A stretch of DNA of 64,000 nucleotides from Lingula anatina (GCA_051362555.1 JBPQGU010000016.1:4464001-4528000), one strand, 5' to 3'. Positions 1 through 14,700 are shown, counted from the stretch's first letter. Notes: a model not told the origin generated them from the letters alone. Made by a program: numbers and translations.

Positions 1-415
1 ACTATAATGAAGAAAAAAAATTTTCATCTCTACCTGGCCAAAATTGAAGAAATCTCACAGTGCTGGCACTGTTCAAAATCACTCAAAATCACCAAAAATC
101 GACCCGTCTCCGATTTTTCTAAAAAGTGACGAAAATCAATCGACCACACCTGTCATTCATAAAAAATGTGGAAACGCGCCCAGGTCACTTCATCAAGGCC
201 CCCAATTCTAGCTTTAAAGATGATCCAAAAATAAGCTCTGAGAACAGAATCTGAGAGGGGGGGGGACAGAGTTTTTGCTCTATTTCTTCCTTAATGTTGA
301 CACCACCACTCTTCCAGCACTTTATTCTTACTACAAATGACCGAACACACCTACCTGACACTATGATGAAGAAAAAAAATTTTCATCCCTACCTGGCCAA
401 AATTGAAGAAATCTC

Positions 416-431
416 ACAGTGCCGGCACTGT
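416..431. repeat. Perfect 16-bp palindrome ACAGTGCCGGCACTGT (example copy; present in most monomers)
   Basis: The sequence is identical to its own reverse complement. Some monomers carry variants such as TGCTGGC or AAAGTG. Confidence 0.95.
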
Positions 432-2469
432 TCAAAATCACACAAAATCACCAAAATTCGACCCGTCTCCGATTTTTCCAAAAAGTGACGAAAATCAATC
501 TACCACACCTGTCATTCATAAAAAATGTGGAAACGCGCCCGGGTCACTTCATCAAGGCCCCCAATTCTAGCTTTAAAGATGATCCAAAAATAAGCTCTGA
601 GAACAGAATCTGAGAGGGGGGGGGGAAGACAGAGTTTTTGCTCTATTTCTTCCTTAATGTTGACACCACCACTCTTCCAGCACTTTATTCTTACTACAAA
701 TGACCGAACACACCTACCTGACACTATAATGAAGAAAAAAAATTTTCATCCCTACCTGGCCAAAATTGAAGAAATCTCACAGTGCCGGCACTGTTCAAAA
801 TCACTCAAAATCACCAAAAATCGACCCGTCTCCGATTTTTCCAAAAAGTGACGAAAATCAATCTACCACACCTGTCATTCATAAAAAATGTGGAAACGCG
901 CCCGGGTCACTTCATCAAGGCCCCCAATTCTAGCTTTAAAGATGATCCAAAAATAAGCTCTGAGATCAGGATCTCAGAGGGGGGGGGGGGGGAGAGACAG
1001 AGTTTTTGCTCTATTTCTTCCTTAATGTTGACACCACCACTCTTCCAGCACTTTATTCTTACTACAAATGACCGAACACACCTACCTGACACTATAATGA
1101 AGAAAAAAAATTTTCATCCCTACCTGGCCAAAATTGAAGAAATCTCACAGTGCCGGCACTGTTCAAAATCACTCAAAATCACCAAAAATCGACCCGTCTC
1201 CGATTTTTCCAAAAAGTGACGAAAATCAATCTACCACACCTGTCATTCATAAAAAATGTGGAATCGCGCCCGGGTCACTTCATCAAGGCCCCCAATTCTA
1301 GCTTTAAAGATGATCCAAAAATAAGCTCTGAGAACAGAATCTGAGAGGGGGGGGGGAAGACAGAGTTTTTGCTCTATTTCTTCCTTAATGTTGACACCAC
1401 CACTCTTCCAGCACTTTATTCTTACTACAAATGACCGAACACACCTACCTGACACTATAATGAAGAAAAAAAATTTTCATCCCTACCTGGCCAAAATTGA
1501 AGAAATCTCACAGTGCCGGCACTGTTCAAAATCACTTAAAATCACCAAAAATCGACCCGTCTCCGATTTTTCCAAAAAGTGACGAAAATCAATCGACCAC
1601 ACCTGTCATTCATAAAAAATGTGGAAACGCGCCCGGGTCACTTCATCAAGGCCCCCAATTCTAGCTTTAAAGATGATCCAAAAATAAGCTCTGAGAACAG
1701 AATCTGAGAGGGGGGGGGGGACAGAGTTTTTGCTCTATTTCTTCCTTAATGTTGACACCACCACTCTTCCAGCACTTTATTCTTACTACAAATGACCGAA
1801 CACACCTACCTGACACTATAATGAAGAAAAAAATTTTCATCCCTACCTGGCCAAAATTGAAGAAATCTCACAGTGCCGGCACTGTTCAAAATCACTCAAA
1901 ATCACCAAAAATCGACCCGTCTCCGATTTTTCCAAAAAGTGACGAAAATCAATCTACCACACCTGTCATTCATAAAAAATGTGGAAACGCGCCCGGGTCA
2001 CTTCATCAAGGCCCCCAATTCTAGCTTTAAAGATGATCCAAAAATAAGCTCTGAGAACAGAATCTGAGAGGGGGGGGGGGACAGAGTTTTTGCTCTATTT
2101 CTTCATTAATGTTGACACCACCACTCTTCCAGCACTTTATTCTTACTACAAATGACCGAACACACCTACCTGACACTATAATGAAGAAAAAAAATTTTCA
2201 TCCCTACCTGGCCAAAATTGAAGAAATCTCACAGTGCCGGCACTGTTCAAAATCACTCAAAATAACCAAAAATCGACCCGTCTCCGATTTTTCCAAAAAG
2301 TGACGAAAATCAATCTACCACACCTGTCATTCATAAAAAATGTGGAAACGCGCCCGGGTCACTTCATCAAGGCCCCCAATTCTAGCTTTAAAGATGATCC
2401 AAAAATAAGCTCTAAGAACAGAATCTGAGAGGGGGGGGGGACAGAGTTTTTGCTCTATTTCTTCCTTAA

Positions 2470-2767
2470 TGTTGACACCACCACTCTTCCAGCACTTTAT
2501 TCTTACTACAAATGACCGAACACACCTACAGTGCCGGCACTGTTCAAAATCACTCAAAATCACAAAAAATCGACCCGTCTCCGATTTTTCCAAAAAGTGA
2601 CGAAAATCAATCTACCACACCTGTCATTCATAAAAAATGTGGAAACGCGCCCGGGTCACTTCATCAAGGCCCCCAATTCTAGCTTTAAAGATGATCCAAA
2701 AATAAGCTCTGAGAACAGAATCTGAGAGGGGGGGGGGGGACAGAGTTTTTGCTCTATTTCTTCATTA
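2470..2767 (+). repeat. Truncated monomer (~297 bp) with a 63-bp internal deletion at 2529/2530
   Basis: CACACCTAC is joined directly to AGTGCCGG. Equivalent ORF starts at 2234 and 2531 are 297 bp apart instead of ~360. Confidence 0.93.
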
Positions 2768-5700
2768 ATGTTGACACCACCACTCTTCCAGCACTTTATT
2801 CTTACTACAAATGACCGAACACACCTACCTGACACTATAATGAAGAAAAAAATTTTCATCCCTACCTGGCCAAAATTGAAGAAATCTCACAGTGCCGGCA
2901 CTGTTCAAAATCACTCAAAATCACAAAAAATCGACCCGTCTCCGATTTTTCCAAAAAGTGACGAAAATCAATCTACCACACCTGTCATTCATAAAAAATG
3001 TGGAAACGCGCCCGGGTCACTTCATCAAGGCCCCCAATTCTAGCTTTAAAGATGATCCAAAAATAAGCTCTGAGAACAGAATCTGAGAGGGGGGGGGGGG
3101 GGGGGACAGAGTTTTTGCTCTATTTCTTCATTAATGTTGACACCACCACTCTTCCAGCACTTTATTCTTACTACAAATGACCGAACACACCTACCTGACA
3201 CTATAATGAAGAAAAAAAATTTTCATCCCTACCTGGCCAAAACTGAAGAAATCTCACAGTGCTGGCACTGTTCAAAATCACTCAAAATCACCAAAAATCG
3301 ACCCGTCTCCGATTTTTCTAAAAAGTGACGAAAATCAATCTACCACACCTGTCATTTATAAAAAATGTGGAAACGCGCCCGGGTCACTTCATCAAGGCCT
3401 CCAATTCTAGCTTTAAAGATGATCCAAAAATAAGCTCTGAGATCAGAATCTGAGAGGGGGGGGGGGAAGACAGAGTTTTTGCTCTATTTCTTCCTTAATG
3501 TTGACACCACCACTCTTCCAGCACTTTATTCTTACTACAAATGACCGAACACACCTACCTGACACTATAATGAAGAAAAAAAATTTTCATCCCTACCTGG
3601 CCAAAATTGAAGAAATCTCACAGTGCCGGCACTGTTCAAAATCACTCAAAATCACCAAAAATCGACCCGTCTCCGATTTTTCCAAAAAGTGACGAAAATC
3701 AATCTACCACACCTGTCATTCATAAAAAATGTGGAAACGCGCCCGGGTCACTTCATCAAGGCCCCCAATTCTAGCTTTAAAGATGATCCAAAAATAAGCT
3801 CTGAGAACAGAATCTGAGAGGGAGGGGGGGACAGAGTTTTTGCTCTATTTCTTCCTTAATGTTGACACCACCACTCTTCCAGCACTTTATTCTTACTACA
3901 AATGACCGAACACACCTACCTGACACTATAATGAAGAAAAAAAATTTTCATCCCTACCTGGCCAAAATTGAAGAAATCTCACAGTGCCGGCACTGTTCAA
4001 AATCACTCAAAATCACCAAAAATCGACCCGTCTCCGATTTTTCCAAAAAGTGACGAAAATCAATCTACCACACCTGTCATTCATAAAAAATGTGGAAACG
4101 CGCCCGGGTCACTTCATCAAGGCCCCCAATTCTAGCTTTAAAGATTATCCAAAAATAAGCTCTGAGAACAGAATCTGAGAGGGGGGGGGGCAGAGTTTTT
4201 GCTCTATTTCTTCCTTAATGTGGACACCACCACTCTTCCAGCACTTTATTCTTACTACAAATGACCGAACACACCTACCTGACACTATAATGAAGAAAAA
4301 AAATTTTCATCCCTACCTGGCCAAAATTGAAGAAATCTCACAGTGCCGGCACTGTTCAAAATCACTCAAAATAACCAAAAATCGACCCGTCTCCGATTTT
4401 TCCAAAAAGTGACGAAAATCAATCTACCACACCTGTCATTCATAAAAAATGTGGAAACGCGCCCGGGTCACTTCATCAAGGCCCCCAATTCTAGCTTTAA
4501 AGATGATCCAAAAATAAGCTCTAAGAACAGAATCTGAGAGGGGGGGGGGACAGAGTTTTTGCTCTATTTCTTCCTTAATGTTGACACCACCACTCTTCCA
4601 GCACTTTATTCTTACTACAAATGACCGAACACACCTACCTGACACTATAATGAAGAAAAAATATTTTCATCCCTACCTGGCCAAAATTGAAGAAATCTCA
4701 AAGTGCCGGCACTGTTCAAAATCACTCAAAATCACCAAAAATCGACCCGTCACCGATTTTTCCAAACAGTGACGAAAATCTATCTACCACACCTGTCATT
4801 CATAAAAAATGTGGAAACGCGCCCGGGTCACTTCATCAAGGCCCCCAATTCTAGCTTTAAAGATGATCCAAAAATAAGCTCTGAGAACAGAATCTGAGAA
4901 GGGGGGGGGGGACAGAGTTTTTGCTCTATTTCTTCCTTAATGTTGACACCACCACTCTTCCAGCACTTTATTCTTACTACAAATGACCGAACACACCTAC
5001 CTGACACTATAATGAAGAAAAAAAATTTTCATCCCTACCTGGCCAAAATTGAAGAAATCTCACAGTGCCGGCACTGTTCAAAATCACTCAAAATCACAAA
5101 AAATCGACCCGTCTCCGATTTTTCCAAAAAGTGACGAAAATCAATCTACCACACCTGTCATTCATAAAAAATGTGGAAACGCGCCCGGGTCACTTCATCA
5201 AGGCCCCCAATTCTAGCTTTAAAGATGATCCAAAAATAAGCTCTGAGAACAGAATCTGAGAGGGGGGGGGGAAGACAGAGTTTTTGCTCTATTTCTTCCT
5301 TAATGTTGACACCACCACTCTTCCAGCACTTTATTCTTACTACAAATGACCGAACACACCTACCTGACACTATAATGAAGAAAAAATATTTTCATCCCTA
5401 CCTGGCCAAAATTGAAGAAATCTCACAGTGCCGGCACTGTTCAAAATCACTCAAAATCACCAAAAATCGACCCGTCACCGATTTTTCCAAACAGTGACGA
5501 AAATCTATCTACCACACCTGTCATTCATAAAAAATGTGGAAACGCGCCCGGGTCACTTCATCAAGGCCCCCAATTCTAGCTTTAAAGATGATCCAAAAAT
5601 AAGCTCTGAGAACAGAATCTGAGAGGGGGGGGGGACAGAGTTTTTGCTCTATTTCTTCCTTAATGTTGACACCACCACTCTTCCAGCACTTTATTCTTAC

Positions 5701-8700
5701 TACAAATGACCGAACACACCTACCTGACACTATAATGAAGAAAAAAAATTTTCATCCCTACCTGGCCAAAATTGAAGAAATCTCACAGTGCCGGCACTGT
5801 TCAAAATCACTCAAAATCACAAAAAATCGACCCGTCTCCGATTTTTCCAAAAAGTGACGAAAATCAATCTACCACACCTGTCATTCATAAAAAATGTGGA
5901 AACGCGCCCGGGTCACTTCATCAAGGCCCCCAATTCTAGCTTTAAAGATGATCCAAAAATAAGCTCTGAGAACAGAATCTGAGAGGGGGGGGGGAAGACA
6001 GAGTTTTTGCTCTATTTCTTCCTTAATGTTGACACCACCACTCTTCCAGCACTTTATTCTTAATACAAATGACCGAACACACCTACCTGACACTATAATG
6101 AAGAAAAAAATTTTCATCCCTACCTGGCCAAAATTGAAGAAATCTCACAGTGCCGGCACTGTTCAAAATCACTCAAAATCACAAAAAATCGACCCGTCTC
6201 CGATTTTTCCAAAAAGTGACGAAAATCAATCTACCACACCTGTCATTCATAAAAAATGTGGAAACGCGCCCGGGTCACTTCATCAAGGCCCCCAATTCTA
6301 GCTTTAAAGATGATCCAAAAATAAGCTCTGAGAACAGAATCTGAGAGGGGGGGGGGGGGGGAGAGAGTTTTTGCTCTATTTCTTCCTTAATGTTGACACC
6401 ACCACTCTTCCAGCACTTTATTCTTACTACAAATGACCGAACACACCTACCTGACACTATAATGAAGAAAAAAATTTTTCATCCCTACCTGGCCAAAATT
6501 GAAGAAATCTCACAGTGCCGGCAATGTTCAAAATCACTCAAAATCACCAAAAATCGACCCGTCTCCGATTTTTCCAAAAAGTGACGAAAATCAATCTACC
6601 ACATATGTCATTCATAAAAAATGTGGAAACGCGCCCGGGTCACTTCATCAAGGCCCCCAATTCTAGCTTTAAAGATGATCCAAAAATAAGCTCTGAGAAC
6701 AGAATCTGAGAGGGGGGGGGGACAGAGTTTTTGCTCTATTTCTTCATTAATGTTGACACCACCACTCTTCCAGCACTTTATTCTTACTACAAATGACCGA
6801 ACACACCTACCTGACACTATAATGAAGAAAAAAAATTTTCATCCCTACCTGGCCAAAATTGAAGAAATCTCACAGTGCTGGCACTGTTCAAAATCACTCA
6901 AAATCACCAAAAATCGACCCGTCTCCGATTTTTCTAAAAAGTGACGAAAATCAATCTACCACACCTGTCATTTATAAAAAATGTGGAAACGCGCCCGGGT
7001 CACTTCATCAAGGCCTCCAATTCTAGCTTTAAAGATGATCCAAAAATAAGCTCTGAGATCAGAATCTGAGAGGGGGGGGGGGAAGACAGAGTTTTTGCTC
7101 TATTTCTTCCTTAATGTTGACACCACCACTCTTCCAGCACTTTATTCTTACTACAAATGACCGAACACACCTACCTGACACTATAATGAAGAAAAAAAAT
7201 TTTCATCCCTACCTGGCCAAAATTGAAGAAATCTCACAGTGCCGGCACTGTTCAAAATCACTCAAAATCACCAAAAATCGACCCGTCTCCGATTTTTCCA
7301 CAAAGTGACGAAAATCAATCTACCACACCTGTCATTCATAAAAAATGTGGAAACGCGCCCGGGTCACTTCATCAAGGCCCCCAATTCTAGCTTTAAAGAT
7401 GATCCAAAAATAAGCTCTGAGAACAGAATCTGAGAGGGAGGGGGGGACAGAGTTTTTGCTCTATTTCTTCCTTAATGTTGACACCACCACTCTTCCAGCA
7501 CTTTATTCTTACTACAAATGACCGAACACACCTACCTGACACTATAATGAAGAAAAAAAATTTTCATCCCTACCTGGCCAAAATTGAAGAAATCTCACAG
7601 TGCCGGCACTGTTCAAAATCACTCAAAATCACCAAAAATCGACCCGTCTCCGATTTTTCCAAAAAGTGACGAAAATCAATCTACCACACCTGTCATTCAT
7701 AAAATATGTGGAAACACGCCCGGGTCACTTCATCAAGGCCCCCAATTCTAGCTTTAAAGATGATCCAAAAATAAGCTCTGAGAACAGAATCTGAGAGGGA
7801 GGGGGGGACAGAGTTTTTGCTCTATTTCTTCCTTAATGTTGACACCACCACTCTTCCAGCACTTTATTCTTACTACAAATGACCGAACACACCTACCTGA
7901 CACTAATGAAGAAAAAAAATTTTCATCCCTACCTGGCCAAAATTGAAGAAATCTCACAGTGCCGGCACTGTTCAAAATCACTCAAAATCACCAAAATTCG
8001 ACCCGTCTCCGATTTTTCCAAAAAGTGACGAAAATCAATCTACCACACCTGTCATTCATAAAAAATGTGGAAACGCGCCCGGGTCACTTCATCAAGGCCC
8101 CCAATTCTAGCTTTAAAGATGATCCAAAAATAAGCTCTGAGATCAGAATCTCAGAGGGGGGGGGGGGGGGGGAAGACAGAGTTTTTGCTCTATTTCTTCC
8201 TTAATGTTGACACCACCACTCTTCCAGCACTTTATTCTTACTACAAATGACCGAACACACCTACCTGACACTATAATGAAGAAAAAAAATTTTCATCCCT
8301 ACCTGGCCAAAATTGAAGAAATCTCACAGTGCCGGCACTGTTCAAAATCACTCAAAATCACCAAAAATCGACCCGTCTCCGATTTTTCCAAAAAGTGACG
8401 AAAATCAATCTACCACACCTGTCATTCATAAAAAATGTGGAAACGCGCCCAGGTCACTTCATCAAGGCCCCCAATTCTAGATTTAAAGATGATCCAAAAA
8501 TAAGCTCTGAGAACAGAATCTGAGAGGGGGGGGGGACAGAGTTTTTGCTCTATTTCTTCCTTAATGTTGACACCACCACTCTTCCAGCACTTTATTCTTA
8601 CTACAAATGACCAAACACACCTACCTGACACTATAATGAAGAAAAAAAATTTTCATCCCTACCTGGCCAAAATTGAAGAAATCTCACAGTGCCGGCACTG

Positions 8701-11700
8701 TTCAAAATCACTCAAAATCACCAAAAATCGACCCGTCTCCGATTTTTCCAAAAAGTGACGAAAATCAATCTACCACACCTGTCATTCATAAAATATGTGG
8801 AAACACGCCCGGGTCACTTCATCAAGGCCCCCAATTCTAGCTTTAAAGATGATCCAAAAATAAGCTCTGAGAACAGAATCTGAGAGGGAGGGGGGGACAG
8901 AGTTTTTGCTCTATTTCTTCCTTAATGTTGACACCACCACTCTTCCAGCACTTTATTCTTACTACAAATGACCGAACACACCTACCTGACACTATAATGA
9001 AGAAAAAAAATTTTCATCCCTACCTGGCCAAAATTGAAGAAATCTCACAGTGCCGGCACTGTTCAAAATCACTCAAAATCACCAAAATTCGACCCGTCTC
9101 CGATTTTTCCAAAAAGTGACGAAAATCAATCTACCACACCTGTCATTCATAAAAAATGTGGAAACGCGCCCGGGTCACTTCATCAAGGCCCCCAATTCTA
9201 GCTTTAAAGATGATCCAAAAATAAGCTCTGAGATCAGAATCTCAGAGGGGGGGGGGGGGGGGAAGACAGAGTTTTTGCTCTATTTCTTCCTTAATGTTGA
9301 CACCACCACTCTTCCAGCACTTTATTCTTACTACAAATGACCGAACACACCTACCTGACACTATAATGAAGAAAAAAAATTTTCATCCCTACCTGGCCAA
9401 AATTGAAGAAATCTCACAGTGCCGGCACTGTTCAAAATCACTCAAAATCACCAAATATCGACCCGTCTCCGATTTTTCCAAAAAGTGACGAAAATCAATC
9501 TACCACACCTGTCATTCATAAAAAATGTGGAATCGCGCCCAGGTCACTTCATCAAGGCCCCCAATTGTAGCTTTAAAGATGATCCAAAAATAAGCTCTGA
9601 GAACAGAATCTGAGAGGGGGGGGAGACAGAGTTTTTGCTCTATTTCTTCCTTAATGTTGACACCACCACTCTTCCAGCACTTTATTCTTACTACAAATGA
9701 CCGAACACACCTACCTGACACTATAATGAAGAAAAAAAATTTTCATCCCTACCTGGCCAAAATTGAAGAAATCTCACAGTGCCGGCACTGTTCAAAATCA
9801 CTCAAAATCACCAAAAATCGACCCGTCTCCGATTTTTCCAAAAAGTGACGAAAATCAATCTACCACACCTGTCATTCATAAAAAATGTGGAAACGCGCCC
9901 GGGTCACTTCATCAAGGCCCCCAATTCTAGCTTTAAAGATGATCCAAAAATAAGCTCTGAGATCAGAATCTGAGAGGGGGGGGGGGGGAAGACAGAGTTT
10001 TTGCTCTATTTCTTCCTTAATGTTGACACCACCACTCTTCCAGCACTTTATTCTTACTACAAATGACCGAACACACCTACCTGACACTATAATGAAGAAA
10101 AAAAATTTTCATCCCTACCTGGCCAAAATTGAAGAAATCTCACAGTGCCGGCACTGTTCAAAATCACTCAAAATCACCAAAAATCGACCCGTCTCCGATT
10201 TTTCCAAAAAGTGACGAAAATCAATCTACCACACCTGTCATTCATAAAAAATGTGGAAATGCGCCCGGGTCACTTCATCAAGGCCCCCAATTCTAGCTTT
10301 AAAGATGATCCAAAAATAAGCTCTGAGAACAGAATCTGAGAGGGGGGGGGACAGAGTTTTTGCTCTATTTCTTCCTTAATGTTGACACCACCACTCTTCC
10401 AGCACTTTATTCTTACTACAAATGACCAAACACACCTACCTGACACTATAATGAAGAAAAAAAATTTTCATCCCTACCTGGCCAAAATTGAAGAAATCTC
10501 ACAGTGCCGGCACTGTTCAAAATCACTCAAAATCACCAAAAATCGACCCGTCTCCGATTTTTCCAAAAAGTGACGAAAATCAATCTACCACACCTGTCAT
10601 TCATAAAAAATGTGGAAACGCGCCCGGGTCACTTCATCAAGGCCCCCAATTCTAGCTTTAAAGATGATCCAAAAATAAGCTCTGAGATCAGGATCTCAGA
10701 GGGGGGGGGGGGGGAGACAGAGTTTTTGCTCTATTTCTTCCTTAATGTTGACACCACCACTCTTCCAGCACTTTATTCTTACTACAAATGACCGAACACA
10801 CCTACCTGACACTATAATGAAGAAAAAAAATTTTTATCCCTACCTGGCCAAAATTGAAGAAATCTCACAGTGCCGGCACTGTTCAAAATCACTCAAAATC
10901 ACCAAAAATCGACCCGTCTCCAATTTTTCCAAAAAGTGACGAAAATCAATCTACCACACCTGTCATTCATAAAAAATGTGGAATCGCGCCCGGGTCACTT
11001 CATCAAGGCCCCCAATTCTAGCTTTAAAGATGATCCAAAAATAAGCTCTGAGAACAGAATCTGAGAGGGGGGGGAGACAGAGTTTTTGCTCTATTTCTTC
11101 CTTAATGTTGACACCACCACTCTTCCAGCACTTTATTCTTACTACAAATGACCAAACACACCTACCTGACACTATAATGAAGAAAAAAAATTTTCATCCC
11201 TACCTGGCCAAAATTGAAGAAATCTCACAGTGCCGGCACTGTTCAAAATCACTCAAAATCACCAAAAATCGACCCGTCTCCAATTTTTCCAAAAAGTGAC
11301 GAAAATCAATCTACCACACCTGTCATTCATAAAAAATGTGGAATCGCGCCCGGGTCACTTCATCAAGGCCACCAATTCTAGCTTTAAAGATGATCCAAAA
11401 ATAAGCTCTGAGAACAGAATCTGAGAGGGGGGGGAGACAGAGTTTTTGCTCTATTTCTTCCTTAATGTTGACACCACCACTCTTCCAGCACTTTATTCTT
11501 ACTACAAATGACCAAACACACCTACCTGACACTATAATGAAGAAAAAAAATTTTCATCCCTACCTGGCCAAAATTGAAGAAATCTCACAGTGCCGGCACT
11601 GTTCAAAATCACTCAAAATCACCAAAAATCGACCCGTCTCCGATTTTTCCAAAAAGTGACGAAAATCAATCTACCACACCTGTCATTCATAAAAAATGTG

Positions 11701-14700
11701 GAAACCCGCCCGGGTCACTTCATCAAGGCCCCCAATTCTAGCTTTAAAGATGATCCAAAAATAAGCTCTGAGATCAGAATCTGAGAGGGGGGGGGGGAAG
11801 ACAGAGTTTTTGCTCTATTTCTTCCTTAATGTTCACACCACCACTCTTCCAGCACTTTATTCTTACTACAAATGACCGAACACACCTACCTGACACTATA
11901 ATGAAGAAAAAAAATTTTCATCCCTACCTGGACAAAATTGAAGAAATCTCACAGTGCCGGCACTGTTCAAAATCACTCAAAATCACCAAAAATCGACCCG
12001 TCTCCGATTTTTCCAAAAAGTGACGAAAATCAATCTACCACACCTGTCATTCATAAAAAATGTGGAAACGCGCCCGGGTCACTTCATCAAGGCCCCCAAT
12101 TCTAGCTTTAAAGATGATCCAAAAATAAGCTCTGAGAACAGAATCTGAGAGGGGGGAGGGGGGGGGGACAGAGTTTTTGCTTTATTTCTTCCTTAATGTT
12201 GACACCACCACTCTTCCAGCACTTTATTCTTACTACAAATGACCGAACACACCTACCTGACACTATAATGAAGAAAAAAAATTTTCATCCCTACCTGGCC
12301 AAAACTGAAGAAATCTCACAGTGCCGGCACTGTTCAAAATCACTCAAAATCACCAAAAATCGACCCGTCTCCGATTTTTCCAAAAAGTGACGAAAATCAA
12401 TCTACCACACCTGTCATTCATAAAAAATGTGGAAACGCGCCCGGGTCACTTCATCAAGGCCCCCAATTCTAGCTTTAAAGATGATCCAAAAATAAGCTCT
12501 GAGAACAGAATCTGAGAGGGGGGGGGGACAGAGTTTTTGCTCTATTTCTTCCTTAATGTTGACACCACCACTCTTCCAGCACTTTATTCTTACTACAAAT
12601 GACCGAACACACCTACCTGACACTATAATGAAGAAAAAAAATTTTCATCCCTACCTGGCCAAAATTGAAGAAATCTCACAGTGCCGGCACTGTTCAAAAT
12701 CACTCAAAATCACCAAAAATCGACCCGTCTCCGATTTTTCCAAAAAGTGACGAAAATCAATCTACCACACCTGTCATTCATAAAAAATGTGGAAACGCGC
12801 CCGGGTCACTTCATCAAGGCCCCCAATTCTAGCTTTAAAGATGATCCAAAAATAAGCTCTGAGAACAGAATCTGAGAGGGGGGGGGGGGACAGAGTTTTT
12901 GCTCTATCTTCCTTAATGTTGACACCACCACTCTTCCAGCACTTTATTCTTACTACAAATGACCGAACACACCTACCTGACACTATAATGAAGAAAAAAA
13001 ATTTTCATCCCTACCTGGCCAAAATTGAAGAAATCTCACAGTGCCGGCACTGTTCAAAATCACTCAAAATCACCAAAAATCGACCCGTCTCCGATTTTTC
13101 CAAAATGTGACGAAAATCAATCTACCACACCTGTCATTCATAAAAAATGTGGAAATGCGCCCAGGTCACTTCATCAAGGCCCCCAATTCTAGCTTTAAAG
13201 ATGATCCAAAAATAAGCTCTGAGAACAGAATCTGAGAGGGGGGGGGGACAGAGTTTTTGCTCTATTTCTTCCTTAATGTTGACACCACCACTCTTCCAGC
13301 ACTTTATTCTTACTACAAATGACTGAACACACCACCTGACACTATAATGAAGAAAAAAAATTTTCATCCCTACCTGGCCAAAATTGAAGAAATCTCACAG
13401 TGCCGGCACTGTTCAAAATCACTCAAAATCACCAAAAATCGACCCGTCTCCGATTTTTCCAAAAAGTGACGAAAATCAATCTACCACACCTGTCATTCAT
13501 AAAAAAAGTGGAAACGCGCCCGGGTCACTTCATCAAGGCCCCCAATTCTAGCTTTAAAGATGATCCAAAAATAAGCTCTGAGAACAGAATCTGAGAGGGG
13601 GGGGGGACAGAGTTTTTGCTCTATTTCTTCCTTAATGTTGACACCACCACTCTTCCAGCACTTTATTCTTACTACAAATGACCGAACACACCTACCTGAC
13701 ACTATAATGAAGAAAAAAAATTTTCATCCCTACCTGGCCAATATTGAAGAAATCTCACAGTGCCGGCACTGTTCAAAATCACTCAAAATCACCAAAAATC
13801 GACCCGTCTCCGATTTTTCCAAAAAGTGACGAAAATCAATCTACCACACCTGTCATTCATAAAAAATGTGGAAACGCGCCCGGGTCACTTCATCAAGGCC
13901 CCCAATTCTAGCTTTAAAGATGATCCAAAAATAAGCTCTGAGAACAGAATCTGAGAGGGGAGGGGGGGGGGGCAGAGTTTTTGCTCTATTTCTTCCTTAA
14001 TGTTGACACCACCACTCTTCCAGCACTTTATTCTTACTACAAATGACCGAACACACCTACCTGACACTATAATGAAGAAAAAAAATTTTCATCCCTACCT
14101 GGCCAAAATTGAAGAAATCTCACAGTGCCGGCACTGTTCAAAATCACTCAAAATCACCAAAAATCGACCCGTCTCCGATTTTTCCAAAAAGTGACGAAAA
14201 TCAATCTACCACACCTGTCATTCATAAAAAATGTGGAAACGCGCCCGGGTCACTTCATCAAGGCCCCCAATTCTAGCTTTAAAGATGATCCAAAAATAAG
14301 CTCTGAGAACAGAATCTGAGAGGGGGGGGGACAGAGTTTTTGCTCTATTTCTTCCTTAATGTTGACACCACCACTCTTCCAGCACTTTATTCTAACTACA
14401 AATGACCGAACACACCTACCTGACACTATAATGAAGAAAAAAAATTTTCATCCCTACCTGGCCAAAATTGAAGAAATCTCACAGTGCCGGCACTGTTCAA
14501 AATCACTCAAAATCACCAAAAATCGACCCGTCTCCGATTTTTTCAAAAAGTGATGAAAATCAATATACAACACCTGTAATTCAAAAAAAATGTGGAAACG
14601 CGCCCGGGTCACTTCATCAAGGCCCCCAATTCTAGCTTTAAAGATGATCCAAAAATAAGCCCTGAGAACAGAATCTGAGAGGGGGGGGGGGACAGAGTTT

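Noticed and set aside
415-460. V(D)J recombination signal (CACAGTG heptamer in each monomer)
   Set aside because: There is no good ACAAAAACC nonamer at 12- or 23-bp spacing (about 5/9 at best).
340-530. Monomer as an ancient dimer of ~180-bp halves (CACACCT/ACCTG motifs occur twice)
   Set aside because: The repeated motifs are about 155 bp apart rather than 180, and the similarity does not extend.
294-656. Monomer as a tandem 5S rRNA, tRNA, snRNA or spliced-leader gene repeat
   Set aside because: I recognise no 5S, tRNA, U snRNA or SL sequence, and no Pol III A/B/C boxes. An Rfam cmscan would settle it.
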